A stretch of 64,000 bases of DNA from Fimbriosthenelais zetlandica (taxonomy: Eukaryota). The stretch lies in contig OZ365115.1 in assembly GCA_977030845.1 (NCBI GenBank), positions 31,000,001 to 31,064,000 of the forward strand, given 5' to 3'. Position 1 is the stretch's first letter. Every line of letters starts with the position of its first letter. A model generated the notes under the pieces. The model ran no database searches. It saw only the letters and a program-made list of their open reading frames with translations, and was not told the DNA's origin. The position numbers and the translations under genes are program-made. Shown here in pieces: positions 1 to 12,382 of the stretch.

Positions 1-1865
1 TTTACAAAATTGCAGTGCTACACTATATACCCCACTCTCTACCACCGTGTAACTATAGTATTAGGCTGAGAGGTTTTTAAACAATCCTTTGAATCTGTCA
101 CAAGAAGTCACCTTAGGCTTCAGTTGTCAGACTGAGAAGCATTGGGTATTGTTTTCGTTATAAGAAATGGAGCTTTAGTAAAGCAGTTGTTGGTAACTGG
201 TGGCAGATTTGTGGACATGATACTATATTAAAAAATGGGCTTGACCAACTTGCACACAGTTCCTGCAAATACGGTGAAAAATAAAAACTTGAGATTCTAG
301 TAATCCGGAAAAGCTTGATTTTATAAGTGTACTAAAAAGATAATATAGAATCTTGATGCTCGTCTACATGTTCTCAGTTAGCATCATGGAGGGCATTAAT
401 CGATTTTTATCATGAATTATCTCACCATGATTCGTATGGTCAGCGCAAAGACCTCCCATAGGTATTGAGTATTCACAAAGCTTTGAAATGTTCTATATCG
501 TTGAAACTGTCGCCTAATGTTTTAAGTCTCAATGACAAAATAAAATTTGAATTGCAATGTGTCATAAATAGAAATTGCATAATATTTTTAAATGTCAATT
601 GATGCTGGTAATTTCTTGATTTGAAATGCCGTCAGGGTTCTATCATAAGGCCTAATAACCATATTACTATTTTGATCTCTGTTAAAAATCAATGATTTTG
701 TGATAATGTTAAATGTTAAATAGCTTCCATTGTTATTACTATCGATATCATGAATTGGTGTTAATGAATTACAGCATTTTGATGCACTTTGGGGATTTTC
801 ATCAGTGATTTTGGGGCCAACCATTAAATGAAAGATTTCCAGAGAATTCAGTGAAAACCTGAGAATTGTGCACCAATTAATAATTAAATAGTAGGCCTAC
901 ATCTGTCCACGCATACTGCACCTTGAACAATTAATAGTCACCAAAATGTATTTCGAGGACGTCAAAAGAATCTTCAGAAATGATCGATGGCTTTTAAACT
1001 ATTCCAGTTGTTATAGCAATGGGGCAGCGTTCTCAAGTATTTGTTTTTATTTAAAAGCTTGGTACTTCAGAATAAAGTCAGCAGAGATTATCTGACAATA
1101 ATCGTAGTTGTTATTATTGAAGAAATGTATTCTTAATGAAGTATAAGGCTCAAACCATAACAGTATAACTGGGATATTTAAACCAACAGCTAGCCAGTTC
1201 CTGCTTGTTACATCTTGTGATCCTCACTTTTTCACTAGATGGCAGAAATGAGACATGGATAAATTTCGGAGTAACATGTACGGACGACTTGAATACACCA
1301 GGGTGCAGTGGAGTTGTAGTCAATAGTATGGGGTTTAACGTCACTCTCAACAAAGGTGCAGTGGAAGGCCATTACATGTTAAAATTGATGAATAAAATCA
1401 TCTTGCGCCAGTAGGTTGCGTAGCTGTTATATATTTGAAATTCGTGATACAAAAAGGACAAATATAACTTTGCTGATTCAAATTAATCTTTATTGCCATT
1501 ACAACAATGGGGGTCCTAGCAAAGTAACTGCACATCTACCACATAGCTACTGACCATTACATCAATATTGATATGTGTCCTCCGCAAAGTAAAGCCAAAT
1601 TTGGATGCAGTCTCACTTCATTGGATTATAGCTTTTGTGGAGACGAGGTATATATATAATACTGTCACCATATCTGTCTCTTACATAATATATACGTACT
1701 TTTCTGTACATTTTCAATACGCTTCTGATGAATATACATCGCCAGTGAATTTTAATGCGCTTTCAAAAATGAGCAATTAGGACGAAATAAACTATTTACG
1801 ACTATTAAAAGTAAATAGATAATAAGATATAATTTATTTTGTGCACCACGAGACGATTTAACTTT

Positions 1866-4800
1866 TTAAGCACGTGAATTGCTGACAGTTAACATTCTGT
1901 TACTGTTAGAAGCCATTGACGTAGTAGCTGTTGATGGTGCTACATGAGAAGTGCCGATAGTACCAGCAGTTTGAAACTGAATATCGTTTTCGTTTAAGAA
2001 ATAGATGCAGTAAATCTTGGGGAAATACAGGCACAGGAGAGTGATACTGGCGTTAATTATCAGACAACTCATCAACAATGCAATTTGGTGAACGGCATAA
2101 AATGCAGTGAAGTAGGCTGGAAGAAAGACAAGCCAGAGGAATGTTGTTGTGGCGACGGAAACGAAGATGTACCAAGACTCGTTGAAGTTCTCAGGTAGTT
2201 TTCGTGTGAGGAATCCATAAGCAGCACAGGTTAGGATGAAGAGTAGGTTGAGACATAATGGAGGTAATAGACCTGTCAAGGGGAGACTGCAGAGCACTTC
2301 AACATATTTCTCGGTGTGTACCTGCATCCGGTAGATTGGATCGGGTGGGGCCTGAATGGCTGACACAATGCAGACCAACATCTGAAAGAAGTGTCAAATA
2401 AAATAGATTTAGAAAAAACTTTGAGACATAAGTCGCCGAAAAAAACAATAAGCTGAAGTATTCTGTACAGACCATTGTAAAGTTCTGTATTCTAAAGCAA
2501 GCTCTTATTTCTGCCCTTCGTATTTAATTCAACTGTTTATCGAACAAATTAAGTAAAAGACACATTTCACACATTTTACAGAAAGTAATATAAGCTGAAA
2601 CGACAACTAAATTTACAGGTACAGTGAAGAACAGGTGCTTAAAGTCCATACAATACAAAGGTGAACTAGTTACTTCTCATATTATTCAGGTAACAAGGGC
2701 TAGGATGTCATCGATTTTCTTCACTTTTTTATGAGTGCATTACATTTGAAAACAACGTGAGATAACGTGAGAGATTAAGGGTTAGGTAAGATGTAAAAAC
2801 ACAGCCATAGTATTTGGCATTCTGGCTGGGGAATTCTGCACACAACACATTTATGTAGGGTACGTAGCTATTCCTTTACGCATTATAAGTGCATTAACAG
2901 GTATAGTGTTGCAGGTAAGACGAAGCATACAGTCATAACTAGCCACACTGGTTCAACTGCTGTCAAATATTCAAACCCAGAGTATAAAGACCCTTAGAAT
3001 TAGTACTAATTAATTATAAATGGAAAGTCGGGTAAATTACTCACCTCCAGGCTGATGCATACAATGACCATGACAAGTTGTGCCTTCGTTCCAGTAAGGG
3101 CTGGTCGGATCTTCCCTTGTTTTCCAGCAGAAAAAATTCGGTACACCCTGTTCGTCTTGATCATCAATGGAGCATAGATGAAACTCACAGAGAGGTTGAA
3201 TCCGAATCTACCAAAGTAGCATGATATGGCTGAAGGGTGAAAAAGGAAATCAACAACAGTAACGTAGGCCAAGATGATCCCCCAGAGAATTATTCCCATG
3301 AGTTGTCGACTTGAAGCTTTTATAAGTTTTGCCTCTCGATTTTTCACGAAAATGATTCCAACGACAATACATAAGAGAAAACCAAGGCCAGTGATTGCAA
3401 GAATGGTCAATGTCAATGGAGCGGTCCATGCAAGAAAGTCAGGTTCTATTGGGAGACAGACTGTGGCACTTTCGTTATCAGGCCATTTGAAAAGAGGACA
3501 CACTTCACAATTGGTTTTGTTCTTGACAATGATTTCATTGTTTCGACATTTGCGACATTCCCAGCAACATGGAAGTTCCTTTTGGATAAAGTACTCTTTC
3601 AGTTTGCATGGTTGGCTGCAAATAGCCTCAGGAATGACTCCTTTCTTGGTGTCATTTCCAGTACGTGAAAACCAATGGAAGTTTTCATAGATGACCTCCA
3701 TTGATCCATCGATTTTGTCCCAAGTTGCAACAGCTACCACTTTTTTGGTTGTATGTTGATATTGTCTGAATACATATTTCCCAAGGAAATCTCCTTTTTT
3801 ATCAAATTGAATTTTTCCACTGAATCCATTGAGACTAGAATTTAGCATGTATTCGTGAAGTTCGCGGCCCTTAACACATTGTCTAACCAGAGTTCTGTTC
3901 CCAAAGGCTGCTGGACACTTATCTAATAAGAGCCTGTGCAAAGCATCAGCAAAAACATTAACTCCATCCATTGGCTTTCCTTCCCCAGATGTTTCAGGAA
4001 ATTTGTACGCATGAGGTTTTTCTGCAAACTTTTGGCATGATCTTTCACCATAGCTCTCATTCCATCGACAGTCGTGTGTCATTTCCCAAAAGTATGGAAT
4101 CCATGGGTTGTCTGGGGTGTTCACTGGGTTGATGGTGGCAAAGTGTTCACGAAATAAAGGGTCATAACTTATGTCTGGATCCACAACGACTACTCCATCA
4201 AAAAATATGCCTTCGTCACCAAGAGGGAAAGAGTCACTCCCTAACCACATATAGTAAGTTTCTCTGTTGTATTGTTCCAAAATGGATTTGAATTGGTAAA
4301 CCGGTGTGCTAAACAAGTAAGATATGATGACCCGGATGTTGTCAAATTTCATCAGTCCATCAACAATTTCATCTACAGTGTCCAGTGATGATCCTGATGG
4401 TAACATTGATGAATACGCAATGCAGACTCCTTTCCTTTTAGCTTGTCTTTCCACTTGTTTCGCACCATTTTCTCCATATGAACCTTCCATGTACAATAGA
4501 GCGGCATAATTCCATCCCAACTCAATCATAAAGTCAATTATCGCTTCGGCAGCAAAACTGTCAGGTGGAACTAGTCGCATTGTGTAGGCAAAACGGGTTT
4601 TGTCACTCAATTCATCACTTGTTGCCCAAGTCATTACTGTTGGGAACTCATACAAGGAGGAGACTGCTCCAACCATGACACCAGCTGTACTAAAGCTAGG
4701 TCCCACAGCGCCAACAATATTGTCAAAACTCTTCATATCCTTTTCGCATGTAATCAGTTCATCATCTGGGAATCGTTCTTGGTCACCTGCGTTTGGTAGA

Positions 4801-5141
4801 GCATATAACAATGCAGCTAAAGCCGCCAAATCCTGAGTACATATATCAGCAACAATGAAACCCAGGGAGACATTTGGCAGCAAGTCCAATCGAGCATTAA
4901 CTTTGTCAATCTGGTATCTAAATGCTTCAATAGCAACTATTGGGAAATCTGCGCTGAGTTTGTTTTTTGGATCACATATGATGGCAGATCTACCTGGCTT
5001 TTGTCCACTTACAGATCTCAAATATAATAAGTTGAGGTCCCTTTGGTAACCGAAACAGAGAGTATTCCAACCTTTCACTCCTGGATTACAGAGTACAAGC
5101 CCAAAGGCCTGGAAAAGTACAAGCCAGAGTAGTTGATGCAT
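1866..5141 (-). CDS. Class C GPCR, metabotropic glutamate receptor-like (copy A), 2 exons, 870 aa
   Basis: Exon 1 5141-3045 (ends SLE|gtgagt) and exon 2 2381-1866 (ttcag|ATG TTG), both phase 0. Signal peptide; Venus flytrap motifs (LLPNVSLG, GAVGP, ATSDELSDK, EGSYG, GSD); nine-Cys domain (CSQPC..CCWECRKC); 7TM with KTNRVYRIF, RKLPENFNE, FPKIY. Confidence 0.95.
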
Positions 5142-7313
5142 TGTTAGCAGTCATATACTGACTGAACCATTGTTATTCCAAACGGCTGCTAATAACATAA
5201 TACTTCATCATTCCCCGGCAAAGAAATCAATTTAACATGGGCGGGTCTTTGAGACAAATCAGCATATCTGAGCATTCCCACTGTCTCATTATGTTAAATG
5301 TGGGTTTGCCTTCATATCTGAGTGGCCTGCAGTAGGCATTGAAAGCAATGGGTATGTCTGTATATATGGTACTTCTATACCATATGCGGATAATTATGTA
5401 CATCTGTATGTGGACAACATCACAACACACAATGCACATTCCAGGGAGAATCATATAGTCTTGAAAAACAAACAATTATAACATGTGTAATATGCCTAAT
5501 CATTAGTATTTAAATCATTATATTAAAATAGTTCGGAAAGGGCAATTAAGCTATGAACTGAAAGATACATTATAAAAACGCTATATGTTTCTGATTGAAA
5601 TTGGCAATTGTCCTTTTCTGATCGACCTCCATCTAAATAAATTAACGAGATATTGAATTTTCTGAACCACTCCCTGGGTTATATCAGATAGGACAATTTT
5701 GAAACAATTTATAACATAAAATATTCAAACTGACAATTTGGGTGAAAAAAGGTTGTATGTACCACGAATTTTAAAGTTTTAAACAATGTCCATGTATATC
5801 GCTGCACTTTGTCTTGATTTTAAATAGGTAGAAATTTGAACCTGTGATACAGCTCAGGTTGTAGTAAAATCCTTACAGGCTTTGACCACGCCTCCCATTA
5901 ATTGACAAGTCGACAAACTGTTACAAGTGAAAGTCTTACTCATCTTACTGCTGATGAACGTTTTTAGACAGTTTCAGTTGTTTTCCTGGGCGTGGCTCTT
6001 TTAAACAAAGTTCTCACAGCGATTACGGAAAAGCAACCTTACAGATTGGGTATGACTGTTGAATTTCGTGATGTATGAGTATCATATCTTGATAAATTCC
6101 ATACTAACATGGCACTTTATCTTAAACTTAAAGGTCTCCAGAAATAAGTGGCTCACCAAGTCTTGATGTATTGACAGCATCCAAGATTAAATTGAATGTT
6201 CAAGTTTATAGATCTAAATGATCACTATGAATAAATAAAAATGTTCAGATCTTTACAACGAATGTCAAAATAGTGTCATTTGCACTGTCACCATTATCTG
6301 GGTTTTATTGGTTTTAGTTCAAAGGAAACAGATCTGAGAGCATGGATCAGGAAACCGTTCAAACAAAAATGTCCTTCATTCACCAATAGTATACTTGACG
6401 GATCACCTGAAAGGAATGGTGGTCCAGTCTCCTCAGATGCCCTTGAAGCCTGTCTGGAAGTCAAACTTTTATACCTGACTGAAAGTTTTTGGCAAGTGAC
6501 ATACTCAAGGATTCATTTCAAGTCCTACAAAGAACTGTCACTTCTAAGCCCCAGAACATCAAACCAGCTGCTTTGGTTTCATCGAACATTTGATGGGCTT
6601 TGCTGCCTCTTTGATGTCAAAAAAGGCCATTTTAGCCTATTAGATATGTGATTCAAGATTTAGGATATTGGTTGCTTATTGATGGGTGTGAAGCAAAGCT
6701 TTCAATTGAAAATAATTGGATAAAAGTAGCCGGAAGAAGACACTGACTGGGGTTTTTATGGCTATATTAGAATTAACGATGAGAATAAACTACCTTGAAC
6801 TACCTGTAATACATGAAGTTCCAAGATGCTGACTTGAAAAGAATGTTTCAAATTTCTAATCCATTATATATCGAAAACTTTATTATATATTCCTAATTGT
6901 TTTTGATGCAACAGCACTATCACCACTATCGAGGATCAATGAGACCCAAATAGGGCATTCAATGGTATTGACGGCCCCAGAGGACCAATATGAATAAAAC
7001 ATCTGATACTTTTCCTCTATTAACCACTTTTTGTAACTTCTATCACGTTACTGTGCCTTCCTATAATAGCACACAGAGATGTGGAAAAGACACCTGAACA
7101 CCACAAGGCAAAGTCCTGGCACTACTTATACATGCAACTTTTTGCTGTTTGATCTGACGGCCTAGTTCTCTGATGAATTTGAAGATCAGAGCCTTAAGCC
7201 CATCCCATCCCCATGGCATATCACGTTAAAGCCTACTCAAATTCCTCTTTTAGGTTCTAGGAGTATAAAAGTCTTGGTTTCTATGAGCAAATTGTCACAC
7301 CCAGCAAACCACC
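5142..7313. promoter_or_regulatory. Probable shared (bidirectional) upstream region of the two class C GPCR genes
   Basis: 2.2 kb spacer between two divergent start codons. CCACGCC-type GC boxes in opposite orientations near 5885 and 5990. Positional inference only. Confidence 0.35.
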
Positions 7314-10098
7314 ATGATGCTAGGACTGGTAAGCACCTGCCTTGTCACTGCCATAATCGGAATTGTGACAAGCAGTCCTGACTTAGATTTGAAGCATCAA
7401 TTATGCTTTGCTCGACTTAGTGATTTAAATTTAATGCTCAATTTTGGCTTCAGCGACTACGATGGGTCACTTAAACCTTTGGCATGTGATCCCGATGAAC
7501 CCCTGTATGGAAGTCATATGTTTGTGTACATTGAAGCCTTCAGATATGCCATAGACATGGTGAACAAAAATGACAAATTGCTGCCCAATGTTTCACTTGG
7601 ATATATCATCATGGATAACTGCTGGCAAAGTATAGGAGCGCTGGCGACTGTCCTCTTCTCCTTGCCAGACAGAGATGATCCAGCCATTTTTCCAGACGAT
7701 GAGCTTGTCACATGCAAAAATGGATATAAAAGGTTCACGAATGTTTTCGGTGTGTTTGGACCTTCTTCAAGTTCACAGGCTGTCATGGTTGGAGGACTGT
7801 CAACATTATTCGAAATTCCGATGATTTTTGATACTGCAACAAGCGATGAATTAAGTGACAAGTCAAGGTACACCTACACAATGAGACTGATCCCACCTGA
7901 CCGGTTTGCGGCTGAGGCAATGATGGACATTATGATTGGATTTGGATGGAACTATGCATCAGTCCTGTACTATGAAGGTCCATATGGAGAAAATGGGGCA
8001 AAGCAAATTGACAGGAAGGCAAAGGAGACGGGAGTTTGTATTGGGTTTTCATTCATGTTTCCATCTGACTACAATGAACAAACTGCAGTCGAGGCGGCCA
8101 AACTCCTCTTGAGATTCAAACAGGCCAAAGTAATTCTTTCATTCATAGGATCAGGAGCAATCAGCATTCTCTTGCCTCTTCTTGAGGAAATGGGGCTTGC
8201 TGATCACTTTCTCTGGATTGGCAGTGACATTTTCCCCATCGGTGGGTATGGAGGAATAACAGATGGAAGCCTGAGGATAGATTTTAAATTAGGACATGAT
8301 CCACAATTCGATGATTATTTTGCGAAGCTGAACCCAGTCAACACGCCTGACAATCCATACATGCCCTACTTCTGGAAGTTGGCCCATGAATGTGACTGGA
8401 AGTCTACACATACAAACAATTCTTGTAATGACATCCAAGAAATTCCACATGGGCAAGAGATTTCTGAAAGAAGCCAGTATGGTAGAGTGTTGGATGGGGT
8501 GCAGGTTTTTGCAAGGGGGTTACATAACTTCATGATGGAAAAGTGCCCTGAGGCATTTGGAAACAGAAGGTTAGTGCGGGAATGCCTTGTGGGGAGAGAA
8601 CTTCATCAACACATGTTAAATGTGTCTTTTGTGGGAGTGACTGACGACATCAATTTTGATGAAAAGGGAGATTTGCGTGGGAAATTCCTTTTCAAACAGT
8701 ATCATGAGTACAACAAAGAATATGTCGTAGCAGCCACATGGAATAAGAATACACAAAAACTGGACATCATGTATGAAAACTTGCTCTGGCACTCTGGTGT
8801 ATATAATGACAGTAGGAGAGGAATGATACCTGAGGCTGTCTGCAGCAAACCTTGCAAGAATAAAGAATATTACATTCAGAAAGAGGTGGACTGTTGTTGG
8901 GATTGCAGAATCTGTCGCAACAATGAAATTATTGTTGATAACAAAACAAACTGTCTTTTATGTCCCTTGTATACATGGCCAGATGAAGAAACCAGCACAG
9001 TTTGTCAAAATATAAAACCAGATGTTCTTAAATGGACTTCTCCAATGACAATCACTATAGTGGCCGTCACAGGGACTGGTCTCCTTCTCTGTATCCTCAC
9101 AACAATTCTCTTTATACGACACAAAGACACCAAACTCATCAAGGCTTCAAGCAGAGAGCTGATGGCAATAATTCTGACAGGAATTGTACTCGCCTATATG
9201 ACTGTCTTTTTTATGTTAACTTATCCATCAGAAATCATCTGCTACATACAGCGATTTGGATTCAATCTTTCTGTTTCATTTATTTTCGCACCACTCATGA
9301 TCAAAACTAACAGAGTCTACAGGATCTTTACAGCAGGAAAGAAGGGAAGTAGGAAGCCTTTGTTCACAGGTATCCATGCCCAGATTTTCATCGTGGTGTT
9401 CTTCCTGCTGATTCAGGTATTTTCGATTTGTATTCTTATAGGAAAAGACTCACTTCGTTAAAGTTAAACAAGCAAAATATTTTCCACGTGATCCATCTTT
9501 TTTCACATTTTGCTCCGTGTCCATCCCATCAGCAATATACTTTCCATGTCAAAAAAGTATTTTTAAAATGATGTCTCTTTATTTCCAGGGGTTGTTGTGT
9601 CTAGTTTCTGCGATTCTCGCTGCCCCAAATCCAGTACTTCAGATGAGAGTGCACACAGTTAAGTACGTTGAAATATTATGCAGCCTGCCTTTGTCTGGAC
9701 TCCTGCCTCCTCTCTGCCTTAACTTGTTCCTCATCCTTATCTGTGCGGTATATGGTTTTCTGACCAGAAAACTGCCAGAAAACTTTAATGAGTCGTGGTA
9801 CATTTTCGTTTCTGTGGCAACAACAACGTTCCTTTGGCTGGTGTTTCTACCAGCATATTTCACAGCATTCTACGCCATTCATCAGGTGTTGCTGCTCTGT
9901 TGTTGTTTGATAATCAATGCTACAATGACACTTCTGTGCTTATATTTCCCGAAGATCTACTGTATATACTTTGTCAATGAAAGCGATATCCAGTTCCAAA
10001 CAGCAGGTACAATCGGGACGATGAAAATTGGACCAACAGTAGCGAACCTCAGCACATTACAGTCCAGTGCGACAACGGCAAGGTCATTTGAAACCTGA
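7314..10098 (+). CDS. Class C GPCR, metabotropic glutamate receptor-like (copy B), 2 exons, 870 aa
   Basis: Exon 1 7314-9416 (LIQ|gtattt) and exon 2 9589-10098 (ttccag|GGG TTG). Same intron position and same motifs as copy A; divergently transcribed from it. Confidence 0.95.
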
Positions 10099-12382
10099 AA
10101 ACTCTTACTAAAATGTGAATGACTCGATTATAAAAACTTAGATATTATATATTGACCAGTAATTACCGTGGACATTCTTAGACGATAAGACATTTCTCAT
10201 TGCGAAAGAAACATTCTAATGGAAAGAAAGGAGGGAAGGATAGCTACTTTCGTTATAGCATTGTCACGAAGTATGCAGATGATATGTAAAAATTAGGCCT
10301 AATATGAATTTTAATGTTGTAGAGCCGGATGTAGAGACTATTAGGAAGCTTAATTGTGTTCTAGAAGACCTCACAAAAGGTATCAAAGACAATGCTCTTG
10401 AAGACAAATAATACTGTATCAGATTTAGGGATGCATTTCCCTTATGATACGTCTTAATGTATATTGTAAAAAACATTCATAAGCTAATAAAATATGAACA
10501 GGTGGGGAAGTTGGATCATTTTTTGTTGTGCAGACGTTATGAGTCTCTTATCATGGTATTAATCAGACAGTAACCTTATATCAATCTCACGGATCTGAGG
10601 CTTTCTCAACAGCAATCTCGTCATTACGCCGAACTTTCTTGTAACAATGGTAGGCCTATATAGCCTAAAAATGAATAGCCTAAATATAGGACCATCCGCC
10701 ATTGATTCGTACAAATACTTTCATTCAGTAAGGCGTGGCTCTATTACCGGATTATAATGTATACTACTCAACAGGTACAAGCTGACGTATCAACTTGTAT
10801 ATTTAGCTCCTATATGATTGGCTGTGAACCCGCTAACAATGGTGGGTGCATGCTACAATAAAAGCTTATGAGAGCAATTTTAGACTTTGTCCATAATATT
10901 ATTTCAAACATTTGATTTTGTCCCCAGTTAGCCATTTGAAATGGCTCTTGAAAGCAGGTAAAACAGCTCATTTTAAAGGCATGGAAAGAGAGGATGCAGA
11001 TTTCAGTTTTTCAGATGAAACTCTCCAGTATCACACCTCCCCTTACCCATACTTCGACCCACCAACCTAAAAACACCCACGCAACTAAAATGCCGAGGGA
11101 AGCGAAGAAAAGTATAACGTGATGCAGATACTTGAACCAGAAAATAGACGCTCACGATTTAACACAGTTTTTAACCAATGCCACAGTTCGCTCCCCCTTT
11201 GGCTTGGAAAGTAACTCATAAACCATCAATAGCTATTATAGTATAGAGAGTGATTGGATTGGGTGCTCCTGAAATCCACTCATTTCTGACAGTGGGTGGG
11301 GTCTGCCCAATGAAAAGTGGGATTGGGTAAGCTTGCAACTCTTTGTACCTCTGAACACAAAATTCTCTTATACTTTAGACATCTTGACCAGAACTGGGAA
11401 AGAGACTTACCTGCGTTCCATCATTGTTGGTTGATCGTTGCCCCTGCCACTCCCACTGCTGACGGGTAGGCCTATTTGTTATGTATTTATTGTCCTTGGT
11501 CCTCCTCATATTGCTGGTCACTCTGCCTGACCAGTATAGTTATCCCGGCTCCTATTGACAGTCCCTCATTGAATCAATATCAGTACAGACACCTGGTGTT
11601 TTACATCTGAAGTAAACTGAAGAACTCTGGCAGGGCTCATTTTCCGATTCCAACAAAAGCCAAAGTATGACTTCGTCCAAACGTCAAACGTCAAACGTCA
11701 AGGATGGCTCCTATTAATGAAATTATAAAAAGATAAAGTAAATTATTCACTATGGACATTATAGCATTATGTTAGGCCTACTGTATAGTATATTATTATA
11801 GTTAGGACTATAAATATATTAAGCTACAATGGCTACACCGATATATAGAATTTTGTTGTTCATATACTGCCATATATTAAGTACATAGCCTAGCTACCAG
11901 AGGTAAATTCATGCATGCTTATTTTTATATAATTGTTATGTCATATAATTATGTTATAAATTGTATATTATGCCTGTCCATCCCATGCGGCACTTTCGGA
12001 TAAATCTTGTCATTTTAAATAATATTTCAAATTCACAAATCACTTAATCGTGTATTTCATGCGAGAAAATGCAGCCTATTATTTCTGTATCTATATATGT
12101 GTATCTTTTGTGATCCATGTCCTTATTTTAGTTTTATTTGTGTGCTATTCACAATCCCACATATATATGAAGAACTAGTTGGGAATTCATCCAGAACCGC
12201 AACAGCTTTAACGGGGTCATTCGCTCATCCATATCATGTATACAACATAGTACTTATATACCGTATAGGGTTCTTCATGATTTGTGTCCAAGTCCCGTCT
12301 TCACTCTTGTCCATTCAACAAGAATAGAAACATCTACCACCATGCTTACAGCCTTACATTCTTGAAAAACATCATAGTCTCA

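Noticed and set aside
3274-5049. Several + strand ORFs (138, 61, 78, 64 aa)
   Set aside because: Antisense shadows of the GPCR A coding exon.
6280-6651. 123-aa + strand ORF in the GPCR spacer
   Set aside because: Non-ATG start, no recognisable motif, no supporting exon structure.
11679-11701. (AAACGTC)x3 tandem
   Set aside because: Too short to interpret; no associated element ends found.
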